64,000 bases of DNA, from positions 1,952,001-2,016,000 of the forward strand of contig OY970173.1 of assembly GCA_963707635.1 (NCBI GenBank). Direction: 5' to 3'. Below the pieces are notes generated by a model. That model made no database searches and was not told the origin of the DNA. It worked only from the letters and a program-made list of their open reading frames with translations. The translations under genes were made by a program, and so were the position numbers. Source of the DNA: Candidatus Latescibacterota bacterium (GTDB lineage: Bacteria > Krumholzibacteriota > Krumholzibacteriia > WVZY01 > JAKEHA01). The stretch's first letter is position 1; each line of letters opens with the position of its first letter. Shown one piece after another: positions 9,472 through 18,922 of this stretch.

Positions 9472-12267
9472 ATGCCCAAGCGCGTCTTCTCACTGGCGTT
9501 CCTGGCGGTGACGCTCGCGGTCGTGGCGACCGCGCACGCGCAGTACCCGTTCGGGAAGAACAAGGTGATATACCGGGGCCGCGAGTGGCGCGTGCTGGAA
9601 ACCGAGCACGTCGACATCTACCACTACGCGCCTGATTCCACCCTGATCCTGTACCTCGCGCCGCTGGTCGAGAGCACCTACCGCGAGTACAGCGCCACCT
9701 TTCGCGTCGAGTTCGGGCGGCGGGTGCCGTTCGTGTTCTACGCCACCCACTATGACTTCCAGCAGACCAACATTCTGCCGGTGCTGATCTCCGAGTACAC
9801 CGGCGGTTTTACCGATCTGATCAAGGGTCGCATCGCCGTGCCGGCGAACGGCTCGTACTCGAGCTTGCGGCACGTGGTGCGCCACGAGATGGTGCACGCC
9901 TTCATGCTGGAAAAGCTGCAGCAATCCATGCACGACCAGGGGAAGTACACGTACACCCAGCCGCCGTTGTGGTTCGTCGAGGGGATGGCGGAGTACTACG
10001 CGGACTGGCCCCAGGACGCGCAGGGCGAGATGTTCGTCCGCGACGCGCTGCTCTCGGGACGGCTGCTGGGCCTCGATGAGATCTGGCGTATCGAGGGCTC
10101 GTACCAGATGTACAAGCACGGCGAGGCGGTGATCAACTATATCGCGACCAACTTCGGTCACGACGCGGTGGTGCGGATCCTGGAGAGTTGGTGGACCTCG
10201 GGCGAATTCACGCTGGTGCTGAAGAACACGATCGGCCTCGATGAGCTGGAGCTGGATGAGGCGTTTCAGAAATACGTGAAGCGCCGGTACTACCCGTCGG
10301 TCCTCCGCCACCAGTTCGCCAGCGACCTCGGCGTGCGTCTGACGCCGAATCACAGCTTCCACAGCCGGGCGGCCGTCGGCCGGGACGCGGCCGGGCGCCC
10401 GGCGGTGTATTCGCTCACGGCGCGCGACGGCGTGGTGGTCATCGCGGAAGGGGTGGGAAACCAGCGCGAGGGCTGGAGCGAGCGCGTGCTGCTCAGCGGC
10501 GGGCACTCGGGCTCGATGGAATCCATCCCGGCGTTTCGGAGCAAGCTGGAGGTGCACGGGGACACGCTGGTGTTCGTGTCCAAGAGCAACGATCGCGACA
10601 TCATCTATCTCTACAGCTTATCGAAACAGCGGAAGATCGCGGCGTTTTCGATGGACGGGCTGGCGCTGATCTCCTCCCCCACGCTGTCGGGGGACGGCAG
10701 GAAGATGGTGTTCAGCGCCATCGAGAACCGCGGCCGCATGGACCTCTTCCTGGTCCACCTGCCCAGCGGGCGACTCGAGCGCCTCACCGAGGACGGGTTC
10801 AGCGAGGAGGACCCCGACTACCACCCGACCGAGGACGTGGTGCTGTTCACGTCCGACCGGGGTGGGGGTGACCACCGGGGCCGCACCCACATCTACAAGA
10901 TGGACCTGGCCAGCCGCGAGATCACCCCGATCGAAGGGGGGCCGTGCGCCGATTCCAACCCCGAATGGGCCCCCGACGGGAACTCGTTCCTGTTCACGTC
11001 CGACCGCGACGGCACCCAGAACATCTACCTCAACCGCGGGGACGTGATCGTCCGGCAGACCAACGTGTTGACGGGTGTCAGCGCGCCCTCATTCATGCCC
11101 GATGGCAGCGGCTTCGTGGCGAGCGTGTACGAGAACGGGGAGTTTCAGCTCTACCGGTTCCCGCTCGAGGCGGACGCGCCGGCGCGAATGCTTCCGAGCC
11201 CCCCGGACAGCCTGGTGGTGCCCTGGAGCCGCGAGGACGCGCGCGCGGAGGACTTCGTGACCAAACCGTACGAGACGCGTTTCAGCGTCGATTTCGTCGG
11301 GGCCGGGGTGGCGATCGATCCGGGGGCGGGAGACGTGGGCAACGGCGGCCAGCTGGAACTGACCGACGTGCTCGGCAACCACCAGATCGAACTCGTGTTC
11401 GGGACCACCACCGAGGACTTTTCGAGCTTCTGGCGGAACTTCAACGCGGCGGTCGTCTACGTGAACCTTTCGCACCGGGTGAACTATTCGACGAGCCTGT
11501 TCCACCTCAATACGTCCCGGTATCAGAGCATCATCTCGAAGGAAGAGAAGCGCGTGGGCGGGGCGTTCGGCTTGAGCTATCCGCTCAACAAGTTCGAGCG
11601 GATCGAAGGCTCGGTGGTGCTGCGCTACATCGAACAGAACGACTTCGTTTCCCTGACCCCGCGCACCAGTTTCACGGGGTCGCTGTTCGGCACGTACGTG
11701 CGCGACAACACGCTGTGGACCTTCGGCGGGCCGCTGACAGGGTGGAGGTACTACGTGACCGGGGGGCCGACGATGGATTTCGGGGGCCACGGATTCGACA
11801 ACACGCTCCTCCAGCTCGACCTTCGGCGCTACCTGAAGCTGGGACCGCGGGTGGCGGTTGCGCTGCGCTACGTGACACGCAACTCGTGGGGAGGAGACGA
11901 GCAGCTATTCTACCTGGGCGGCCCGTGGACGCTGCGCGGGTACAACTACAACGAGTTCTTCGGCAAGACGACGCAGCTGTTCAACACCGAGCTGCGCTTT
12001 CCCTTGCTGGACGGGCTGTCGATCGTGCTCCCGTTCGGGCCGATCGAGCTCCCGATGTTTCGCGGGGCGCTGTTCTTCGACGCCGGCCGCGCCACCCGCA
12101 ACGATTTCGAATTCTTCGACACGGATTGGCTGGGGTCGTTCGGAACCGGGATCGAACTCAACCTGGGTTTCGCGCCGGTCATTCGCGTCAACTTCACTTG
12201 GCGGACCGACTTCGATCGGATATCCTCCGACACGGGTTTCGAATTGTTTCTCGGCTATAATTACTAG
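9472..12267 (+). CDS. Omp85/BamA-superfamily protein with N-terminal zinc metallopeptidase (HEXXH) and PD40 beta-propeller
   Basis: Signal peptide (AHA-QYPFGKNKV); RHEMVH...PLWFVEGMAEY; PD40 repeats (DSNPEWAPDG, FTSDRDG); barrel with LRGY and ELRFP; aromatic C-terminus. Confidence 0.85.
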   Translation: MPKRVFSLAFLAVTLAVVATAHAQYPFGKNKVIYRGREWRVLETEHVDIYHYAPDSTLILYLAPLVESTYREYSATFRVEFGRRVPFVFYATHYDFQQTNILPVLISEYTGGFTDLIKGRIAVPANGSYSSLRHVVRHEMVHAFMLEKLQQSMHDQGKYTYTQPPLWFVEGMAEYYADWPQDAQGEMFVRDALLSGRLLGLDEIWRIEGSYQMYKHGEAVINYIATNFGHDAVVRILESWWTSGEFTLVLKNTIGLDELELDEAFQKYVKRRYYPSVLRHQFASDLGVRLTPNHSFHSRAAVGRDAAGRPAVYSLTARDGVVVIAEGVGNQREGWSERVLLSGGHSGSMESIPAFRSKLEVHGDTLVFVSKSNDRDIIYLYSLSKQRKIAAFSMDGLALISSPTLSGDGRKMVFSAIENRGRMDLFLVHLPSGRLERLTEDGFSEEDPDYHPTEDVVLFTSDRGGGDHRGRTHIYKMDLASREITPIEGGPCADSNPEWAPDGNSFLFTSDRDGTQNIYLNRGDVIVRQTNVLTGVSAPSFMPDGSGFVASVYENGEFQLYRFPLEADAPARMLPSPPDSLVVPWSREDARAEDFVTKPYETRFSVDFVGAGVAIDPGAGDVGNGGQLELTDVLGNHQIELVFGTTTEDFSSFWRNFNAAVVYVNLSHRVNYSTSLFHLNTSRYQSIISKEEKRVGGAFGLSYPLNKFERIEGSVVLRYIEQNDFVSLTPRTSFTGSLFGTYVRDNTLWTFGGPLTGWRYYVTGGPTMDFGGHGFDNTLLQLDLRRYLKLGPRVAVALRYVTRNSWGGDEQLFYLGGPWTLRGYNYNEFFGKTTQLFNTELRFPLLDGLSIVLPFGPIELPMFRGALFFDAGRATRNDFEFFDTDWLGSFGTGIELNLGFAPVIRVNFTWRTDFDRISSDTGFELFLGYNY

Positions 12268-12396
12268 CTCTCGACGGACCACCGACACCGGGCCCTCGGC
12301 TCATGCACTTCGCGCGCGAATGCTGAAAGCGCGCCTCGTGAAATCGCCTCGAGCCCGATGTCGGCGGCCCGTCACGTTGCGAATCCGGAGTCAATC

Positions 12397-14109
12397 ATGC
12401 GCTGGTCGAAGTCATACCTGCCGACCCACAAGGAAGTCCCCAGGGACGCCGAGATACCGAGCCACCAGCTCATGCTGCGGGCGGGGTTGATCCGCATGCT
12501 CGGCGCGGGCGTGTACACGTTTCTCCCCGCCGGGCTGCGGGTGCTCCACCGGATCGAACACATCGTGCGCGAGGAAATGAACCGGGTCGGCGGGCAGGAA
12601 GTCCAGATGCCCGTGCTCCACCCCGGCGAGTTGTACGAGGAGACCGGCCGGCTGGCCAACTTCGGCGAGATTCTCTTTACGCTCAAGGATCGGCGCCAGC
12701 GCCTGTACGCGCTGGGACCGACGCACGAGGAGGTCGTGACCGACCTGGCCCGCGCCGAGCTGAAGAGCTACCGGCAGCTGCCCCAGTGCCTCTACCAGAT
12801 CCAGATCAAGTTCCGCGACGAGTTCCGTCCCCGCTTCGGCGTGATCCGTGCCCGCGAGTTCATGATGAAGGACGCGTACAGTTTTCACGCCACGCCGGCG
12901 TCGCTTGCAGAGACGTACGAGGCGATGGCGGGAGCGTACGCGCGCATCCTGGAACGCTGCGGGCTGAGCTTCGTGCGGGTGGAGGCGGAGTCGGGTGCCA
13001 TCGGCGGCGACGTGAATCACGAGTTCATCGTGCTCGCGGATCAGGGGGAGAGCGTGATGTTCCGCTGCCCGAATTGCGGCTACGCGGCCAACGACGAGCG
13101 CGCGGTGAGCATGGGCCCCGCGCTGCCCGTCGCCGAGCCGGGGAGCGGCCCCCGCGAGGTGGCGACACCGGGCAAGCACACGGTGGACGACGTCAGCGCC
13201 TTTCTGCAGGTGTCGCCGCAGCAGTTGGTGAAGACGCTGCTGTTCAAGAGCCACGACCGGGTGATCGCGGCGCTGATCCCGGGCGACCGCGCGCTCAACG
13301 AGGTGAAGTTCGCGAAGGTGGCCGTGGACGCGCAGCTGCTCGACGAGGCCGGGGTCCGTGCGCTGACGGGGGCGCCGGTCGGCTTTGCCGGCCCGGTGGG
13401 CCTCGATGCGAAGGTCGAGATCATCGCGGACACACTGCTGGAGCGCTACCAGGGCATGATCGTGGGTGCGAACAAGGCGGACACGCACACGCGCGGCGTG
13501 CGCATGGGCAAGGACTTTCGAACTCCCGACCGGATCGCCGACATCTCTACCGTCGTGGCCGGCGATCGCTGCAAGCAGTGCAAGTCCGGGGAGCTCGCCG
13601 TCCAGCGCGGGATCGAGATCGGACACATCTTCAATCTCGACGTGAAGTACAGCAGGAGCATGAACGCCACGTTCCTGGACGCCAACGGACAGGAGCAGCA
13701 CTTCATCATGGGCTGCTACGGCTTCGGTGTGTCGCGTGCCGTCGCCGCCGCCATCGAGCAGCACCACGACGAGCGCGGGATCCGCTGGCCGAAGGCGCTG
13801 GCCCCGTTCCACGTGATCGTGCTTCCCGTCAACACCGCCGACCCGCAGTCGCAGGCGGTCGCCGAAGACCTCTACCGGGAACTCGGGGAGGCCGGGCTCG
13901 ACGCGCTCCTCGACGACCGCGATCTGCGGCCGGGGCCGAGGTTCAAGGATGCGGACCTGACCGGCGTTCCGCTGCGGGTCACGATCGGGGAACGGAATCT
14001 CAAGGACCAGAACCTCGAGATCTACTACCGCCTGGAAGACCGGACCGAGATCGTCCCGATCACGGCCGCGGCCGAACGGGTCCGCGCGTACTACGCCACG
14101 CCGGGTTGA
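12397..14109 (+). CDS. proS: Proline--tRNA ligase with editing insertion domain
   Basis: SHQLMLRAGLI, LGPTHEE, KFRDEFRPRFGVIRAREF, INS domain, GIEIGHIF and MGCYGFGVSR. Confidence 0.99.
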   Translation: MRWSKSYLPTHKEVPRDAEIPSHQLMLRAGLIRMLGAGVYTFLPAGLRVLHRIEHIVREEMNRVGGQEVQMPVLHPGELYEETGRLANFGEILFTLKDRRQRLYALGPTHEEVVTDLARAELKSYRQLPQCLYQIQIKFRDEFRPRFGVIRAREFMMKDAYSFHATPASLAETYEAMAGAYARILERCGLSFVRVEAESGAIGGDVNHEFIVLADQGESVMFRCPNCGYAANDERAVSMGPALPVAEPGSGPREVATPGKHTVDDVSAFLQVSPQQLVKTLLFKSHDRVIAALIPGDRALNEVKFAKVAVDAQLLDEAGVRALTGAPVGFAGPVGLDAKVEIIADTLLERYQGMIVGANKADTHTRGVRMGKDFRTPDRIADISTVVAGDRCKQCKSGELAVQRGIEIGHIFNLDVKYSRSMNATFLDANGQEQHFIMGCYGFGVSRAVAAAIEQHHDERGIRWPKALAPFHVIVLPVNTADPQSQAVAEDLYRELGEAGLDALLDDRDLRPGPRFKDADLTGVPLRVTIGERNLKDQNLEIYYRLEDRTEIVPITAAAERVRAYYATPG

Positions 14110-14122
14110 CACCCGGGATAGG

Positions 14123-14160
14123 AAAAGAAAATCGGCGCCTTCCCGTGGGAAGACGCCGAT
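14123..14160 (-). terminator. Intrinsic terminator of rpsT, between convergent proS and rpsT
   Basis: ATCGGCGcCTTCCC-gt-GGGAAGaCGCCGAT hairpin at 14131-14160, followed on the minus strand by TTTTCTTTT. Confidence 0.85.
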
Positions 14161-14185
14161 ACCTCGAGACGTTGTCGGCCGGGGC

Positions 14186-14428
14186 CTATGCCTGCTTGGG
14201 CGCGAGGCGCGACTTGAGGCGCGCCGCCCGGTTCCTGGAAATGATGCCCTTGCTTACGGCCCGGTCCAGAAGGGACTGCAGCTGGGCGTACTCGCCGGGA
14301 CGCTTGCCGAGGTCGAGCTCGCGAAACCCTCGCACCGCCGTGCGCAGGTTGGCCCGGTTGGCGCGGTTACGCGCGGTGCGTTTCACGTCCTGCTTGATCC
14401 GCTTGAAGCACGATTTATGTTGTGGCAT
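14186..14428 (-). CDS. rpsT: 30S ribosomal protein S20
   Basis: MPQHKSCFKRIKQDVKRTARNR...LDRAVSKGIISRNRAARLKSRL; SD GGGAGG upstream. Confidence 0.98.
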   Translation of the reverse strand: MPQHKSCFKRIKQDVKRTARNRANRANLRTAVRGFRELDLGKRPGEYAQLQSLLDRAVSKGIISRNRAARLKSRLAPKQA

Positions 14429-14458
14429 TCCGTAGTCCTCCCGAATAATGAATGCCGG

Positions 14459-14487
14459 AATCTAGCAGCTTTCCTGGATTCCGTCAA
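14459..14487 (-). promoter_or_regulatory. sigma70-type promoter of rpsT
   Basis: Minus strand TTGACG-N17-TAGATT with TG at the extended -10 position. Confidence 0.7.
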
Positions 14488-14490
14488 GCC

Positions 14491-15393
14491 GTGTCTAAAC
14501 ACAACCTCGACGGGGCCGTCGACGCCTTTCTCCATTACCTGGTGATCGAGAAGGGCCTCCTCCCCAACACGATTGCATCGTATGCCCGCGACCTGCGCGC
14601 CTACGCGGAGACGCTGGAGGAGCTCGGGGTCGCCGACGCGTCGCACATCGGCGACGCGGCCACCGAGTTTCATGCGATCCGGTTGTCGCGGCGGGGACTC
14701 AAACCCTCCTCGCGCGCGCGCATGCTCTCGACCCTCCGACATTTCCACCGCTTCCTGGTGCGTGAAGGGCTGGGGGCGGACGCCGCGCCGCCGCGGGTGG
14801 TGCGTCCGCGGCTGGGCCGTCGTCTGCCGACCGTGCTCACGCTCGGACAGGTGGAACGGCTCCTCGAACAGCCGGACGCGAGTCCGCTGGGCCTGCGCGA
14901 CCGGGCCATGCTGGAAGTGGCGTACGGCGCCGGGTTGCGGGTGAGCGAGCTGTGCGGCCTCGAGGTCGACGCGGTCAAATTCGAGCAGCAATTGGTGATG
15001 GTGACGGGCAAGGGTGGCAAGCAGCGGGTGGTGCCGTACGGGCGGGCGGCCGCCCGCGCGCTTTCGCGCTACCTGGACGGCGGGAGGCCGGGCCTGCTCG
15101 CGGGGCGCGTCTCGATGCGGGTGTTCGTAAACCACCGGGGCGGGCCGCTCTCGCGGGTTGGTTTCTTCAAACGCCTGAAGCAGCACGCCGCTGCGGCCGG
15201 GATCGAGCGGCGCGTGAGCCCCCACGTGCTCCGGCATTCCTTCGCGACCCACCTGCTCGAAGGCGGGGCGGACCTGCGCGTGGTGCAGGAGCTTCTCGGC
15301 CACGCGGACATTTCCACCACCCAGGTCTATACCAACGTCGACACGCGCCACATTCTCGAGGCGCACCGCGCCTTCCACCCGCGCGGGCGGTGA
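14491..15393 (+). CDS. xerD: Tyrosine recombinase XerD
   Basis: FLHYLVIEKGLLPNTIASYARDL, LGLRDRAMLEVAYGAGLRVSEL, GKGGKQR and HVLRHSFATHLLEGGADLRVVQELLGHADISTTQVYT. Confidence 0.93.
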   Translation: MSKHNLDGAVDAFLHYLVIEKGLLPNTIASYARDLRAYAETLEELGVADASHIGDAATEFHAIRLSRRGLKPSSRARMLSTLRHFHRFLVREGLGADAAPPRVVRPRLGRRLPTVLTLGQVERLLEQPDASPLGLRDRAMLEVAYGAGLRVSELCGLEVDAVKFEQQLVMVTGKGGKQRVVPYGRAAARALSRYLDGGRPGLLAGRVSMRVFVNHRGGPLSRVGFFKRLKQHAAAAGIERRVSPHVLRHSFATHLLEGGADLRVVQELLGHADISTTQVYTNVDTRHILEAHRAFHPRGR

Positions 15394-15417
15394 CGCCCCG
15401 CGGCCCCGGCTAATTCC

Positions 15418-15447
15418 TTGACACCCTTCGAAACGCCCGCATAGAAT
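15418..15447 (+). promoter_or_regulatory. sigma70-type promoter of the trpS-scpAB operon
   Basis: TTGACA-N18-TAGAAT. Confidence 0.75.
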
Positions 15448-15487
15448 GCGGCAAAACGCCGTGTCGCGGCGTGGGTTGGAGCGTCGC

Positions 15488-16486
15488 GTGTCCCCGGAAA
15501 AGCAGATCATACTCAGCGGCAACCGGCCCACCGGGCGCCTCCACCTCGGCAATTACACGGGGGCGCTGGAGAACTGGGTGGCCCTGCAGCCGCAGTATCG
15601 CTGCTTCTTCATGGTGGCGGACTGGCACGTGCTGACCACCGACTACGAGCATACGGCCGCCATCGCCGAGCACACCCGCGAGATGGTGACCGACTGGATC
15701 AGCGCGGGGCTGGACCCCGACGAGTCGGTGATTTTCGTGCAGTCGCACGTCAAGGAGCACGCGGAGCTCAACCTGATTCTGGCCATGCTGGTCAGCGCGG
15801 CCCGTCTCGAGCGCAACCCGACGCTGAAGGAACAGGTCCGCGAGCTGGAGATGGATCAGGGTGGGGAGGGGATCACGTTCGGGCACCTCGGATATCCGGT
15901 GCTGCAGGCCGCCGACATCCTGATGTACCGTGCTCACGTGGTGCCGGTGGGCGAGGATCAGTTGCCGCACATCGAAATCACCCGCGAGCTGGCGCGGAAG
16001 TTCAACCGCCTGTTTGGAGAAGTGTTTCCGGTCCCGGACGGTAAGCTCACGAAATTCGCCCGGTTCCCGGGCCTGGATGGCAAGCGCATGAGCAAGTCGC
16101 TCGGCAACACCATCGACCTCGCGGACACGCCGGAAGCCATCCAGAAGAAGATCCAGACCGCCTTCACCGACCCGGAGCGCAAGCGGCGCAGCGACCCGGG
16201 ACGCCCGGAGGTGTGCCTCATTTATACGTACTGGAACAAGTTCTCGCCGTCGACCAGCAGCGAGATCTACGAAGGGTGCACGACGGCGAAGCTCGGATGC
16301 GTCGAGTGCAAGCAGCGGGTCGGGCGCGCCATAGCGGACTACCTGGCGCCGCTGCGGGAGAAACGCCGGGCGCTCGAGGCCCGTCCGGGTGCGGTCGACG
16401 AGGTGATCCGCGCCGGCGATGAGAAGGCCCGGCGCGCCGCCGTTGCCACCATGGAACTGGTCCGGGAGCGGATGCACATTGGCTGA
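15488..16486 (+). CDS. trpS: Tryptophan--tRNA ligase
   Basis: SGNRPTGRLHLGNY, YPVLQAADIL, VPVGEDQ and RMSKS. Confidence 0.99.
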   Translation: MSPEKQIILSGNRPTGRLHLGNYTGALENWVALQPQYRCFFMVADWHVLTTDYEHTAAIAEHTREMVTDWISAGLDPDESVIFVQSHVKEHAELNLILAMLVSAARLERNPTLKEQVRELEMDQGGEGITFGHLGYPVLQAADILMYRAHVVPVGEDQLPHIEITRELARKFNRLFGEVFPVPDGKLTKFARFPGLDGKRMSKSLGNTIDLADTPEAIQKKIQTAFTDPERKRRSDPGRPEVCLIYTYWNKFSPSTSSEIYEGCTTAKLGCVECKQRVGRAIADYLAPLREKRRALEARPGAVDEVIRAGDEKARRAAVATMELVRERMHIG

Positions 16487-17318
16487 ACTACGTTCGCTGC
16501 GTTACACGACCGAGCTCGAGGGGCTGCGCGCGCCGCTGGATGTGATCCTGTACCTGATCCGGCGCGACAACCTCGACATCTACGACATCCCGATCGCGAA
16601 GATCACGCGCGAGTATCTCGACTATCTCAACATGATGGACGACATGCAGATCGAGCTCGCGGGGGAGTTCTTCGTGCTGGCGGCGACCCTGATGCGGATC
16701 AAGGTGCAGATGTTGCTGCGCAAGGACGACGACTCCGATGAGGACCCGCGCCAGGAACTGGTCCGGAGCATTCTGGAGTACAAGAAGATGGTGGAAGCGG
16801 CGCGGACGTTTCGCGAAATGGAAGAACACCGGCAGCACATCTACACGCGGCCGGTCGGGCTGCAGGAGAAGGACGCCGCCGGCGAGGCGGTGCTGGACTT
16901 GAGCCTGTTCCAGCTCATGCGCGCGTTTCAGGACGTGATGACGCAGTTCGAGGGCGCCGAGGTGCGCGAGGTCGAGCTGGAGCAGTTCACGATCGAGGAG
17001 AAGATCGCGGCGGTCCGCTCCGCGTTGGAGGCGGCCGAGCCCGTACTGTTCTCGGACTTGTTCGCGGGCAGCCGCAGCCGCCTCGAATTGATCGTCACCT
17101 TCATGGCCATGCTCGAGCTCCTCAAGCACGGGGGCGTGCGCGTGCAGCAGGAAGCGTCGTTCGGGCCGATCTGGCTCTACCAGGGGCCGAATTTCGCCGC
17201 GCCGCTGGAGGCCGTGAGCGATTGGACGAGCGAGCCGGCGGCGCCGGTCGAGGTGGCGGACGCGAGCGACGAGCACTTCGCCTCACTCACCGGCGACGGA
17301 CCGCGCGAAGAAGGGTAG
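16479..17318 (+). CDS. scpA: Segregation and condensation protein A
   Basis: PLDVILYLIRRDNLDIYDIPIAKIT, AGEFFVLAATLMRIK, DPRQELV and VTFMAMLEL. TTG start overlapping trpS (start uncertain). Confidence 0.95.
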   Translation: MAELRSLRYTTELEGLRAPLDVILYLIRRDNLDIYDIPIAKITREYLDYLNMMDDMQIELAGEFFVLAATLMRIKVQMLLRKDDDSDEDPRQELVRSILEYKKMVEAARTFREMEEHRQHIYTRPVGLQEKDAAGEAVLDLSLFQLMRAFQDVMTQFEGAEVREVELEQFTIEEKIAAVRSALEAAEPVLFSDLFAGSRSRLELIVTFMAMLELLKHGGVRVQQEASFGPIWLYQGPNFAAPLEAVSDWTSEPAAPVEVADASDEHFASLTGDGPREEG

Positions 17319-17324
17319 CGGCAG

Positions 17325-18095
17325 ATGGACAATCCCAATCTCGACAACATCGTCCTGGCCCTGCTGTTCGCGTCGGAAGAGCCGCTTTCGGCCCGGAGGA
17401 TCGCCGCGGTGGTGGAAGACGTCACCGTGGCCGACGTGAAGCAGGCGATCGACACCTGGAACGCCCGCGCCGATGCCGAGGCGTGGAGCATCGGCATCGA
17501 ACAGGTGGCCGGCGGCTATCGCCTCGCGACGCGCGCCGAGTACGCGGCCTACGTGTCGCGCCTGTACGCGGGGCGGCGCCGGTTCCGCCTCTCTCGCGCC
17601 GGGCTGGAAACCCTCGCGATCATCGCGTACAAGCAACCGATCACGCGCGCGGAAGTGGAGACCATCCGCGGGGTGGGGAGCGGCAGTGTGGTCGCCAACC
17701 TGATGGAACGCTCGCTGGTGGAGATCGTCGGCAAGGCCAAAGTGCTGGGCGCCCCGTTTCTCTACGGCACGACGCCTGCGTTTCTGGAGTACCTGGGGCT
17801 CAATTCGATTCGCGACCTCCCCAGCCTGGAAGACCTCGAGGCGTTGCTCGCCCGCGAGGCGGGCGGCGAGTCGGCGCTCGACGGCGACGAGGCGGACGAT
17901 TCGGCGGCCGCGGCGACGCTGGCGACGGCGGCGCGGGTCGGCCCGCTGGTCGAGGAACCCGTGAACCGGCCGCTATACGACGAACTCCAGCGCGGGAGCG
18001 CCGAGGTTCCGCCCGCACCCGGGCGGACGCGGTTCGACGCCGACGGCGGAGACGGCCCGGATGTGCCCGGGGACGCGGCCGGTGACGACGCATGA
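17325..18095 (+). CDS. scpB: Segregation and condensation protein B
   Basis: ALLFASEEPL, LSRAGLETLAIIAYKQPITRAEVETIRGV and YGTTPAFLEYLGL. Confidence 0.97.
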   Translation: MDNPNLDNIVLALLFASEEPLSARRIAAVVEDVTVADVKQAIDTWNARADAEAWSIGIEQVAGGYRLATRAEYAAYVSRLYAGRRRFRLSRAGLETLAIIAYKQPITRAEVETIRGVGSGSVVANLMERSLVEIVGKAKVLGAPFLYGTTPAFLEYLGLNSIRDLPSLEDLEALLAREAGGESALDGDEADDSAAAATLATAARVGPLVEEPVNRPLYDELQRGSAEVPPAPGRTRFDADGGDGPDVPGDAAGDDA

Positions 18096-18922
18096 ACGAT
18101 GCGCGAACGCCCGCGGGCGAAGGCGACGCGATTCGTCTGAATCATTTTCTGGCGCGGATCGGAGTGGCCTCCCGGCGCGCGTGTGACGACATCATCGCCG
18201 CGGGGCGCGTGCGCGTGGACGGCCGCGTGGTGCGCGAGCTGGGGGTGAAGGTCGTGCCCGGGCAGTCGGTGGTGACGGTGGACGGAACGCCCGTGGCCGC
18301 ACCGCCGCGCCGGATTGTGCTCATCATGCACAAGCCGAAAGGGTTCGTGACCACGGTCTCGGACCCCGAAGGCCGGCCAACGGTCATCGATCTGTGCCGC
18401 GGCGTGGCCCGCAAGCAGCGCCTGTTTCCCGTTGGCCGACTCGACGTCAATACCACCGGCGCCCTGCTCATCACCAACGACGGCCTGCTCTGCTATCGCC
18501 TCACGCATCCACGCTTCGGGATTCCCCGCGTCTACCAGGTGAAGATCCGCGGCACCGTCAGCGAGTCTCAGCTGCGCCGTCTCGAACGCATGGCGCGCGA
18601 GTCGTCGCCGGGGGCGCCGCCCGCCCGCGCCCAGCGGCGCGAGTCGAAGCCATCGGTCGACGTCGTGATTCGGCTCCCGCGGGAGCGGGAAGTGGTGATG
18701 CGCTTTCGCCTGCTCGAAGGAAAGAACCGGCAGGTCCGGCAAATGTGCGAGGCCGTCGGACTTCGGATCGTCGCGCTCAAACGCGTGAGTTTCGGTCCGG
18801 TGTCGATCCGCAAGCTTCCCCTCGGCGCGGTACGCCCGCTCGAGCGGCGCGAGCTCGATCGCCTCGACTCGATTCTCGCGACGGCGGCGGCGGGAGCGGG
18901 AGGGGCCCGTGGATCTGCGTAG
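18092..18922 (+). CDS. rluB: RsuA/RluB-family pseudouridine synthase
   Basis: S4 domain RLNHFLARIGVASRR, HKPKG, PVGRLD (catalytic Asp) and EGKNRQVR; follows scpB. Confidence 0.9.
   Translation: MNDARTPAGEGDAIRLNHFLARIGVASRRACDDIIAAGRVRVDGRVVRELGVKVVPGQSVVTVDGTPVAAPPRRIVLIMHKPKGFVTTVSDPEGRPTVIDLCRGVARKQRLFPVGRLDVNTTGALLITNDGLLCYRLTHPRFGIPRVYQVKIRGTVSESQLRRLERMARESSPGAPPARAQRRESKPSVDVVIRLPREREVVMRFRLLEGKNRQVRQMCEAVGLRIVALKRVSFGPVSIRKLPLGAVRPLERRELDRLDSILATAAAGAGGARGSA

Noticed and set aside
6587..15393. Two tyrosine recombinases as a sign of an integrated element
   Set aside because: Both have housekeeping XerC/XerD signatures and context; no phage, att or cargo genes are nearby.
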